A stretch of 64,000 nt of DNA from a virus: IMG/VR virus record IMGVR_UViG_3300046010_015054, positions 96,001-160,000 of that record. One strand, given 5' to 3'. The notes beneath the pieces were generated by a model. It saw only the letters and a list, made by a program, of their open reading frames with translations, made no database searches and was not told the origin of the DNA. This document shows, one piece after another, positions 40,349 to 48,551 of the stretch. Numbering within the stretch: the first letter of the stretch is position 1; the number at the start of each line of letters is the position of its first letter. The position numbers and the translations under genes are program-made.

Positions 40349-40492
40349 TTATTTTCCTTGTCCTCTGTAAGCTTTTTTGTAAAGTTTACTTGATTTAAGA
40401 TTTGATGTCTTAGTTTTAGCATGAACACCTGGTCTGTTGACTTCGGGTTTTTCTTGGAACGTGTTGGCGGTTTGTGCCTTAATTTTAGCCAT
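40349..40492 (-). CDS. Small basic phage protein ending YRGQGK (47 aa)
   Basis: Hand translation MAKIKAQTANTFQEKPEVNRPGVHAKTKTSNLKSSKLYKKAYRGQGK; the YRGQG terminus is common in small aquatic-phage proteins. Confidence 0.7.
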   Translation of the reverse strand: MAKIKAQTANTFQEKPEVNRPGVHAKTKTSNLKSSKLYKKAYRGQGK

Positions 40493-40760
40493 CTATTTTT
40501 TCAATTGATATTAGTAACTTACCTTCACCTTTTATAGCTCTGTGCCATTGGTGTCTTGGGATAAATATTCGCATCCCTAGTTCTAGTTCAGTAGGTAAGT
40601 TATCATCTAATTGAAAAGCCCAACCTTTACCTACTTCTAAAATTGTAATAAGACGTCCTTCATCATCACGATGCCAAAGGAGTTCGATGGGATCTATATT
40701 CTCATCGAACTCTCTTATAATGTTTTGGTCTGTTACCTCTAAATCTTTGTAAGGCCTCAA
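40485..40760 (-). CDS. Small cupin-like protein
   Basis: WHRD.E.R and IP..QWHR.IKG motifs. Confidence 0.65.
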   Translation of the reverse strand: MRPYKDLEVTDQNIIREFDENIDPIELLWHRDDEGRLITILEVGKGWAFQLDDNLPTELELGMRIFIPRHQWHRAIKGEGKLLISIEKIDG

Positions 40761-41113
40761 TTCAAATATTTTAATTTATAAAGAGTAGACTCAATCAAAG
40801 TCATGATTTCATCGATCTGATTTTGTAAGTATGAATCTTCTACAGGTTGTCTTAAAATACCAACTGTTTTAGCTAAAGCTTCAAAATAAGTAATTATTTG
40901 TTGTTTATTAGTATAACCTAACATTTGAAAAGTAGTATACCCGTTTATAATACCATATTTACCTTGATAAGTTTCTACTAAACCATCAACTAAATCGTCA
41001 ATACCCTCATAATAACCTTGTAATGCTTTATGTTCAGCAAATGAAGTAGTTTGCAAGTGAAAAATATGCACTTGAGTTTGAGAGTGAAATAAGTAAGAGA
41101 TTAATTTTTCCAT
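40757..41113 (-). CDS. Ferritin/Dps-like four-helix-bundle protein
   Basis: H.FHLQT.SFAEHKAL..YY..I..LVD.LVETYQG pattern. Confidence 0.75.
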   Translation of the reverse strand: MEKLISYLFHSQTQVHIFHLQTTSFAEHKALQGYYEGIDDLVDGLVETYQGKYGIINGYTTFQMLGYTNKQQIITYFEALAKTVGILRQPVEDSYLQNQIDEIMTLIESTLYKLKYLN

Positions 41114-41114
41114 A

Positions 41115-41762
41115 TTACCAGAATCCTGAGAAGTTTGATTTGAGTCCTAAAAGTTTAGCATAACGTGGTAAACGGCAGCTCCAATATGAGGCTTTTGTTC
41201 TATCTTTTTTATTGGGGCAATCGTGTCGAGCAGAAAACGCTTTACGTGCTTGTGGGTTATTTATCTTAGCTGATAAACCTGTTGTATCACCAAATGATAC
41301 TTTTTTAATTCCGCCACCTGGTTTTCTTACATAAACGTAGAATTTTTTAGAGCCACCACGTTTTGGTTTACCAATTGGAGGGTTTTTCTTTTTCTTATCA
41401 GCCTCGTTTATTTCTTCTATTTCTTCAAAGATAAAATCTAAAGGAACTCTTTGACCATTATATTCTCCAAAATGTCCTAAGTCTGTTTCTATAAGAATAT
41501 CTAAATCATCACCTTTTACTTCTAAAAGATCACGAGAGTAAAGCATTCTTGCTTCTTCCCACAATTTAAAATATTTCTCGGACCCGGCACGAAATAGATG
41601 TTCTGTAAGCGGTTTTTTATTGTCTATATGGTAAAGTATACCTTCAGACAGCCCAGTGCGTGCTACGAGTTGTTCATTTAACATAGGAGCTTTAGAGCAA
41701 CCCCCACAACCACAACTGCAGCTTTTCTGTTCTGAGATTTTTTGTTTATCCATGGCACTCAT
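41115..41762 (-). CDS. Hypothetical protein with a basic Cys/His C-terminal module
   Basis: KKFYVYV..KKVSFGD..ARKAFSARHDC..YWSC; an INE|A site precedes the module. Confidence 0.65.
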   Translation of the reverse strand: MSAMDKQKISEQKSCSCGCGGCSKAPMLNEQLVARTGLSEGILYHIDNKKPLTEHLFRAGSEKYFKLWEEARMLYSRDLLEVKGDDLDILIETDLGHFGEYNGQRVPLDFIFEEIEEINEADKKKKNPPIGKPKRGGSKKFYVYVRKPGGGIKKVSFGDTTGLSAKINNPQARKAFSARHDCPNKKDRTKASYWSCRLPRYAKLLGLKSNFSGFW

Positions 41763-41774
41763 ATGCCATAAATA

Positions 41775-42881
41775 TTATAAAGTGAAGTAAATTTGCTGAT
41801 CTAGACCCTTTTTACCATCCCAAACAAGACATTCAGCTGAGCGCTTTGAACCAACGTAGCCATGGCTGTAATGCCAAGCGTCGTTTCCTGAAAGTGAGCT
41901 CATATAACGAATTATAACACCACTATATTCGTGGGCTGATTTGTATTTGATTTCCTGTTTATGGTGGATATGTCCTAAATGAAATTCTCTATATTTTGTA
42001 GCTCCCCATTCTAATGGGTTTTCTTGAGCCATAATAAGAGGAAGGTCATTTACTTTTTCTTTATCTCCGTGAGTAAAACCTAATAAAATATCTTCGTATT
42101 TGTAGTATTTTCTAGGAGCTGCAAGGTTATTCACGTTTACATTCTCGTTGTTGTGAAACCAACCCTGTAATGAGTCACCTAAATAGAAAATTTTCTCGTA
42201 ATCGTGGTTACCCGGGATCATAATAATATCAACTGGAGCGATTTGAGTAAGCTTGTTGATATTCTCAATTAATAATTGACGGCCTTTTCTAAAAATGTGT
42301 TGCCAACGAGTATCGTTTTCCTGTGGTGTACCTTTTGTAGTACGGTTGTAAGGGTAAGAATAATCCGAGTTAAAAAAATCGTTGCCAATTGGAACTACAA
42401 ATCTATCAACGTTTACATTTTTAACAGACTCAACAAAATGATCAATGCAATCGTTAAAAATACCCATTGCAATTTTTAAATCGTAATCCTGATTAGTTTC
42501 TTCTCTCCAAGCAAATTTACCCAAGTGAAGGTCAAAAATGTTAATTTCAACCATTTTTTTAGGTTTACTACTTACATTTTTATATTCAATTTTTTTAACA
42601 ACCGGAGATAGAGCTTGTAAATCTTCAATAAACTCGGCTTTAATTTCATCTAATCTTTTAGATTCAATTTTGCTTCTAAGCCAAATTTTTACTTGGAAGA
42701 GAGGGGTTGTAGCAATTACACCATCTGGTGTTTTAGCTCCAACTTCCCAAGAGTTAACAATTTGTTTTTCTATTTCCCAATACTCTAATGAGATATCGTG
42801 TGCGTTCAGTAACTGATCTACAGTAACTATTCTGTCAGTAATCTGACTTGATAATTCTTTATTAGCCATAGTATTATTCAT
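41775..42881 (-). CDS. Calcineurin-like metallophosphoesterase
   Basis: DLHLG, GND, PGNHD, HGD and GHIHH motifs; the start may be 42869. Confidence 0.85.
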   Translation of the reverse strand: MNNTMANKELSSQITDRIVTVDQLLNAHDISLEYWEIEKQIVNSWEVGAKTPDGVIATTPLFQVKIWLRSKIESKRLDEIKAEFIEDLQALSPVVKKIEYKNVSSKPKKMVEINIFDLHLGKFAWREETNQDYDLKIAMGIFNDCIDHFVESVKNVNVDRFVVPIGNDFFNSDYSYPYNRTTKGTPQENDTRWQHIFRKGRQLLIENINKLTQIAPVDIIMIPGNHDYEKIFYLGDSLQGWFHNNENVNVNNLAAPRKYYKYEDILLGFTHGDKEKVNDLPLIMAQENPLEWGATKYREFHLGHIHHKQEIKYKSAHEYSGVIIRYMSSLSGNDAWHYSHGYVGSKRSAECLVWDGKKGLDQQIYFTL

Positions 42882-42886
42882 CTACT

Positions 42887-42917
42887 TGAAAATAAGAAGG
42901 CATCTTTAAGATGCCAA
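42887..42917 (-). promoter_or_regulatory. Host-type promoter candidate (TTGG-N19-TATTTTCA) containing an inverted repeat
   Basis: GGCATCTT-n-AAGATGCC palindrome at 42899-42915 lies across the spacer. Confidence 0.4.
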
Positions 42918-43100
42918 CCTATTGTTGTAGAATTTTTCTAGTATAAAGTAATCTGATTCTAGAAGCCCTAAATGCTTGATAAGATTTTTATCGGCTTCCT
43001 TATTAAAATCAATATAACCCAAACTAAGTTCTAACCAGTAATCTAAAATTCTAGCGTAAACTTCGTTTTCAAATTTATTAAACCTTTGCTTTAAGTGCAT
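42906..43100 (-). CDS. Hypothetical protein
   Basis: 64-aa ORF that fills the gap and overlaps the upstream gene. Confidence 0.45.
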   Translation of the reverse strand: MHLKQRFNKFENEVYARILDYWLELSLGYIDFNKEADKNLIKHLGLLESDYFILEKFYNNRLAS

Positions 43101-43602
43101 CTATATCTCTACTTAGTTTATTATTGGCCGCGCTCAATCTTTGAGTAATTTTAGACCAATATCCTTTTAGAGTATTAACGATTCTGTCTAAAACACTTTG
43201 TTCTTCAATTTTCTGAACACCGATTGTAGAAGCAATACGAGATGTTTTTGCTGTCGCTTCAATTGAATCGTCAACAATTTTTCTCATGGCTGGGTTAATT
43301 CTTTCTTTAACCCAATCTAAAGCTTCTTTATAAGCGAATGAAGTTCTTTCATAGCCTTTTCTCTTGATAGTAACAAGAATATTTTCAACTTCAAGAGCTT
43401 TGTCTTTAGTCTCGTCGAGTTCGTCTAAAACAGGACGAATAACTTCTTCTAGACCCTTATATCTTTTCTCTAATAATTTAAGTTTAGCAGTTATCTGATC
43501 GATCTCGTCAGATAATTCTGCAAATTCTTTAATTTGAGCTGTTAATTCAGGGTCGTCAACTTTAACCTCTTGAATATTTTTGTAAATATCTGTTAAATTC
43601 AT
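43078..43602 (-). CDS. Hypothetical coiled-coil protein (putative head-internal)
   Basis: MNLTDIYKNIQE leader; ATATTTAT motif upstream. Confidence 0.6.
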   Translation of the reverse strand: MNLTDIYKNIQEVKVDDPELTAQIKEFAELSDEIDQITAKLKLLEKRYKGLEEVIRPVLDELDETKDKALEVENILVTIKRKGYERTSFAYKEALDWVKERINPAMRKIVDDSIEATAKTSRIASTIGVQKIEEQSVLDRIVNTLKGYWSKITQRLSAANNKLSRDIDALKAKV

Positions 43603-43613
43603 GATAATAAATA

Positions 43614-44078
43614 TTATGCAGCTGCTGTTTCTTCACCGGCTGCCGGAGTTTCTATAGATTTTTCAGTAGCAGTTGTAGTAGTTTCGGTTTTAGTTTCAGT
43701 TGCTTCTTCTTTAGTTCCGTATCTTAAAATACGAGAAATAGCATTTGTTCCATTTTGTAACTCGTTAATGTTTAACAAGTAATATTTTTTACCTTCAATT
43801 TGAGCAATCCAACTCTTAGTAGTGTATATAAGATAGAATGTTTGCCCGTTTTTAAGGTTTATACGAAACGTAGTAGGCTTAGGAGCAACCCAATCGATGC
43901 TATCGACAAAAACTTTAAAGTCTGCTGTCATAAGCTTTACTAAAATGTCCTTTAATTCAGGAAATTTAGTCAGCTCGTCAGAAGCTGTTTCGCCATAGTC
44001 TGAGATAGCTCCTTTGGGCTTTCCGTAGACTTGGCGAGCAACTACTTTAATTTTTTCTTTAAGTTCTTCAGCTGTCAT
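43614..44078 (-). CDS. Hypothetical protein
   Basis: 154-aa ORF with WVAPKPTTFRINLKN motif. Confidence 0.65.
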   Translation of the reverse strand: MTAEELKEKIKVVARQVYGKPKGAISDYGETASDELTKFPELKDILVKLMTADFKVFVDSIDWVAPKPTTFRINLKNGQTFYLIYTTKSWIAQIEGKKYYLLNINELQNGTNAISRILRYGTKEEATETKTETTTTATEKSIETPAAGEETAAA

Positions 44079-45817
44079 TATTTTTTCTGTTTAGCAGTTG
44101 GGCCTTTACCTCCACCTTTTGCTTTGTATGCTGCTACAGCACCGGCAATTGCTTTGGCTGCTTTTTCAGATTTACCTTGACCTTTGATTTTTTTAACTAA
44201 TTTCTCGTATGATTCTTCCAAAGACATTCTATTATAAGTTTCTTGATCTTCGTATCTAAAACGATCTCCATCTTTCATAGGACCTATAATATCATTAAAT
44301 TTAGGTAAACCATATGTCCAAGTGTGGTCAATGATTGGGTGGTCTTTATAAAGATTATCTTCAGGACCTAATATTTTAGCTAACTTATAACCAGCAGCTT
44401 CCATTTTTGAGATAAATGAATCTAAATTTTCATCTTTAATAGCACCTTTTGTACTTACAGCTAAAAAACTTTCATTTACGTTAGATTCTTCCATTTTACC
44501 TCCAGGAATCTTTTTAGACCAGTAGCCTTTAGGTAAACCTTCTTCTAAGTATGGTTTTAAGATTTTTTTAGCAGCTTCCATATTACCATCATTCATAGCT
44601 TTTCTAGCTTGTTTGATGTTGTTTTGGTCGTCGGCTGATTTGTTTTTGTTTAATGCTTTTTGAATAGCAGCTGCTAGTTTTTCTTCGCCACTAATTTTTT
44701 CTTCATCAATAACGTCTTCGGCAGAAGCAACACCTACCATAGCATCGATTTCTGGTTCTTTTAGTTCGAAATCAAGATAGTGTTTAGCTTTACTCATTTT
44801 AGAAGCAGCATCTGTGATCATAGCTTGCCACCATGCTGGGAAGTCTACTTCACCCATACCTTCAAATTGATCTACCATCTGGTAAAGCTCCATAGCATAT
44901 TTTCCAATACGATATAGTTCGCCCTTGATCATGTGTGGTTCGTCGTCTTCGTGGCCTAAGTCAAGATCTTCAGAAACTACGGATTGATAAGGAATAGAAC
45001 CTCCTGATTTTAATTTAAGATATATACCATCAATTCCGGCTATTTCATCTTCAACTTCACCTTTGGGAGAACTCCATTTGATTTTATCTCCTACTTTATA
45101 TTTAGACATATTTTTTTCTTCTAAAGGTCTTCCTTCGTCATCATATGACATAAAAATTTCATCTTCGTCATCTAATTGAGCTTGGTCTGGGTCGTATTTT
45201 CCTTCCATAGGTGTTACTTTAGCTCCTACTCTTTTTAATTCTTCTTCTTCTTGTGGGGTTAAAGCTTGCACTTCAGAATCACCAGTAGGACCAGTGATTT
45301 TTCTAAGTCCTTTAGTTTCTTTAACGCCTTTTTTAGCTATTGCTTTTTCAATAGCTTCACCACGTTTTTCTTCATAAGAAGAAAGTTCGCCGTCTTTATT
45401 TAAGTCGGCTTTTTTAGGGTTTTTTAGCTCTTCGTCTAAATCAGCTACTAACTTTTTAACGTCAGGACCATACCCTAACGCCTTAGCTTTTTTATACAAG
45501 TCTTCGATAGCGTCCATCATAGCAGAAGCGTCCTGGAGATCTCTCATTGCTTCGTAATCTTCAGGTTCAAAGTATTCCATTCTTTCTTCTTTGACTCCTT
45601 CTTTTTTCATTAAAGCTGCTTTAACAGCTTCTTTAATTCTATTTTCGTTCATTTCTTTGACTTGTTTTTTAGCACGTTTTACAGCTGTTCCGTACATAAC
45701 GCTTTCAGCATCCTTACCATAACGCTTGACAAATTCGCGTTTATTGGATTTAAGATCTTTTACGATCTCTTCCTTACGCTTTTCTTCAGCTTTGGTAAGA
45801 CTGCGTTCGTTGAGCAT
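44078..45817 (-). CDS. Modular acidic/basic hypothetical protein (putative head-internal polyprotein)
   Basis: 579 aa of short modules separated by xxE sites; DLNKDG loop; basic C-terminus. Confidence 0.65.
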   Translation of the reverse strand: MLNERSLTKAEEKRKEEIVKDLKSNKREFVKRYGKDAESVMYGTAVKRAKKQVKEMNENRIKEAVKAALMKKEGVKEERMEYFEPEDYEAMRDLQDASAMMDAIEDLYKKAKALGYGPDVKKLVADLDEELKNPKKADLNKDGELSSYEEKRGEAIEKAIAKKGVKETKGLRKITGPTGDSEVQALTPQEEEELKRVGAKVTPMEGKYDPDQAQLDDEDEIFMSYDDEGRPLEEKNMSKYKVGDKIKWSSPKGEVEDEIAGIDGIYLKLKSGGSIPYQSVVSEDLDLGHEDDEPHMIKGELYRIGKYAMELYQMVDQFEGMGEVDFPAWWQAMITDAASKMSKAKHYLDFELKEPEIDAMVGVASAEDVIDEEKISGEEKLAAAIQKALNKNKSADDQNNIKQARKAMNDGNMEAAKKILKPYLEEGLPKGYWSKKIPGGKMEESNVNESFLAVSTKGAIKDENLDSFISKMEAAGYKLAKILGPEDNLYKDHPIIDHTWTYGLPKFNDIIGPMKDGDRFRYEDQETYNRMSLEESYEKLVKKIKGQGKSEKAAKAIAGAVAAYKAKGGGKGPTAKQKK

Positions 45818-45820
45818 AGT

Positions 45821-45994
45821 TTATTTTGCTTTATCTTCAGCTACAGAAGCTTGACGATATTCAGTTACAAGTTTTTTAATTTCACCTAAAACTTTACGTG
45901 CACGTCCGTGTGCTGCTTTAGATTTACCTGCGTGTTCTGCTTTAAAAGTTTCGTATAAAGCTTCAATTTTTTCGAAAATTTCAGTTGTGTTCAT
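45821..45994 (-). CDS. Histone H1-like (Hc1 family) DNA-binding protein, 57 aa
   Basis: Hand translation MNTTEIFEKIEALYETFKAEHAGKSKAAHGRARKVLGEIKKLVTEYRQASVAEDKAK; the KAA..RARK...E..K....R..S pattern matches Hc1. Confidence 0.75.
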   Translation of the reverse strand: MNTTEIFEKIEALYETFKAEHAGKSKAAHGRARKVLGEIKKLVTEYRQASVAEDKAK

Positions 45995-46013
45995 AATTTT
46001 GATTATTTATAGA

Positions 46014-47414
46014 TTATTTAATTATTTTTTTGAATAATGGAAACATTGATTCATTCATTGAAGATTTTTTATCATCTTTCATGTCTTTTTCTAAAGCGTC
46101 AATATGTTCAGCATCATCAGCTTCAGCATCTTTGTAGTATTCTTTTTTACCTTCACCTAATCCAGTCATAGCTACTGATAAGATATCATCATAGTTATTT
46201 TTAAAGAAAGTGTAGTCTAATTGTCTAGGGAATGATCTGGGCATATCTAAGTATGATTGTGCTAATTCCTCAACATCATAAGATCCTTCATCCATTAGGT
46301 GTTGAGCATAATCACGAATCATTTCTTCGGTTGCTTCATATTCTAACCCCTTACCAATATTTTTTACTAAATCACCTTCAGCTTCTTTAACTACGAAATC
46401 ACGAGTAAAGAAGGTAATTGTGTTACCAATCTGCTGGATGAGTTTTTCGTTGCCTATTTCTTGAGCAGCTTGTAGAGCTTGGTCAAGGTGACCTTGAATT
46501 TCTTTTTCTGTATCTGTAAGAGTAGGTTCTTCAGCTGCAGGTGCTGCTGGTTCGTCAACATTAACGTCAACTTTTTCTACGTCTGTTACTTCTTCTTCTG
46601 CTTCTTCTAAACCCTCATAGAAATCAGAGTATAATTTAGATAAACCTACATCAGGATCGCCAAATTCCATATCTGAATCTTCAGTAATTTCTTCTGCTAA
46701 TTCGTTTAAGATATTTTGACGAATCATTTCTTTTAATTCTTCTTTTGTCATTTTATTTGATTTCATTTCTTTAATCATCTTGCCATCTACTTTAGTTACT
46801 TTACTTAAAGGCTTTTTAAATGTTGTTGAGCCGTCGATAGTAACAAAAACAGATTCTCTGTCAGGTGCTATGTTTTTAACGTAATAAGTTTTATTATCAC
46901 CTACAAACACTAATCTAGTGTCTTTACCAATATTATAGGTTTTGATCATTTTTTCTACATCCATACCTGAAATAGCTTCTTCTAGATTATCTTCTTGTGT
47001 TGAGAATATTACTTCACCTTCAGGAGTTACTGAACCCACTTTAGCACTTTTATTAGCTAAATTGCGAATTACAAAAAAGTCTTCATCAAGACCTTCTTCT
47101 GACTTGATAATAAAAGAGCCACCAGCGTAATCACCTAAGTAATTTTCAATACCAAATCCGTTAATATCTTTCCAATCTTCACCTGGAGTATTAGGTCCTG
47201 CTTTTGTATCAAGATCAAAGTAAGCTCCTCTAGAGTCCATTTGTAATGATCCAGGTTGAACCGAATATATAAGACCTAAATCGTCTGTTTCAGTAAAATG
47301 ATCAGCTACTTTTTGAGCAACTTTATCCGGGTTTTTAGGGTATAATGAGATAAGCTCAATTGCTTCAGTAAGTCTATTTTTAGACAAATAATTTGTTAGA
47401 TTAAAGTTGTTCAT
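46014..47414 (-). CDS. Acidic modular hypothetical protein (putative head-internal)
   Basis: MNNFNLTNYLSKNRLTE|A leader and repeated LEE|A sites. Confidence 0.65.
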   Translation of the reverse strand: MNNFNLTNYLSKNRLTEAIELISLYPKNPDKVAQKVADHFTETDDLGLIYSVQPGSLQMDSRGAYFDLDTKAGPNTPGEDWKDINGFGIENYLGDYAGGSFIIKSEEGLDEDFFVIRNLANKSAKVGSVTPEGEVIFSTQEDNLEEAISGMDVEKMIKTYNIGKDTRLVFVGDNKTYYVKNIAPDRESVFVTIDGSTTFKKPLSKVTKVDGKMIKEMKSNKMTKEELKEMIRQNILNELAEEITEDSDMEFGDPDVGLSKLYSDFYEGLEEAEEEVTDVEKVDVNVDEPAAPAAEEPTLTDTEKEIQGHLDQALQAAQEIGNEKLIQQIGNTITFFTRDFVVKEAEGDLVKNIGKGLEYEATEEMIRDYAQHLMDEGSYDVEELAQSYLDMPRSFPRQLDYTFFKNNYDDILSVAMTGLGEGKKEYYKDAEADDAEHIDALEKDMKDDKKSSMNESMFPLFKKIIK

Positions 47415-47803
47415 TGCTTTAATTTTTTAATAAGTTCAGCAGCTGTTTTTTTCTTATCAGCAACTTCGTTTTTAGCAGTACGGAAAGCTTCCATAGCATC
47501 CTTCATTTCTTTAATAGAATCTTGATAAGCTTTTAACGCCTCAGTTCCCGCTCTACGTGCATCAGACTTTTGCTTATAAACACCTAAGATGTTTTTAATT
47601 TCTAAGCCACCTTTAATTTGAAGAGCAAATTCTGGAAGAGTTAATTCGTATACTACGTCTTCCATTTCTGAGTTTTGGTCTGGTTTTTCAACGATAAAGA
47701 ATTTACCAATCTCGTCTACAGGAATACTTTGCACTTCGGCAATTTGCCCTGCTTCCTCTTCGATGGCTTCTTTGATGAGTTGTTTAAAGTCTGATAGTTT
47801 CAT
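47411..47803 (-). CDS. Hypothetical protein
   Basis: MKLSDFKQLIKEAIEEE leader; ATATTTAT motif upstream. Confidence 0.65.
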   Translation of the reverse strand: MKLSDFKQLIKEAIEEEAGQIAEVQSIPVDEIGKFFIVEKPDQNSEMEDVVYELTLPEFALQIKGGLEIKNILGVYKQKSDARRAGTEALKAYQDSIKEMKDAMEAFRTAKNEVADKKKTAAELIKKLKQ

Positions 47804-47817
47804 ATGTGATAAATATG

Positions 47818-48111
47818 TTATTTTTTGGACTGATATGTTCCTTTTTTGTATTTTGCTTTTTCTGTGTTAGAAACAAATTGTTTACCTTTACGTGATGCTG
47901 CTGCTTTTTTACGAGATGTTTTAGCACGTTCGGCTTTAGATAACGATTGAGCTTTTTTACGAGGTAAGCAACGTGTAGTTGCATCACCTTTTTTCATAGT
48001 ACCACAAGGGCCTGTAATATTACCTTGAGTATCAATACGCACCCAGTCCTCTTTTTTGAACCAGTCGCGTAGTGACTCTGAAATTAGCTCTTGTAGACGT
48101 TCGTGGGTCAT
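47818..48111 (-). CDS. Small basic Cys-containing viral protein (DUF5872-like)
   Basis: SLRDWFKKEDWV..GPCG..RCLP..KQFVSNT motif. Confidence 0.55.
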   Translation of the reverse strand: MTHERLQELISESLRDWFKKEDWVRIDTQGNITGPCGTMKKGDATTRCLPRKKAQSLSKAERAKTSRKKAAASRKGKQFVSNTEKAKYKKGTYQSKK

Positions 48112-48551
48112 TATTTTTCTCCTTTACGTTCTTGCCATTCGTAAGAGATAGTATCTTTTACAATAGGACCACCTTTAGCCCATGTTCTACAAGTACGAGC
48201 TGAATGGCATTTAAAACTATGCATCCAGCAATATCCTAATCTTCCATCATCATCTGATAGAGGACCAGGCATACAATCTTCCATTCTAGGAGAAATATCA
48301 AAAGCAGCACAATTACCACAAAGTGATTGTTTAGCTGCTTCAACTGTTGTATCCCAATGTTCAGCTAACTCGTCCCAGAAATCTCCAGGTTCGTCAACAT
48401 TTAAAGGACCATATTTGATATAATCTGCTTTAATAGCTGAGTCCCTGTTTTGAGTATTTAACTCAAGGTCTTGAGTTGGGAGAGGACAAGCCATTAAAGC
48501 TTCATAAAGCTTACCTTCTTGTAAGTATCTTTTTATATCAAAATTATCCAT
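48111..48551 (-). CDS. Cys-rich, probably metal-binding hypothetical protein
   Basis: ACP, CGNCAAFD and GYCWMHSFKCHSARTC..W motifs; MDNFDIKRYLQEGKLYE|A leader. Confidence 0.65.
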   Translation of the reverse strand: MDNFDIKRYLQEGKLYEALMACPLPTQDLELNTQNRDSAIKADYIKYGPLNVDEPGDFWDELAEHWDTTVEAAKQSLCGNCAAFDISPRMEDCMPGPLSDDDGRLGYCWMHSFKCHSARTCRTWAKGGPIVKDTISYEWQERKGEK

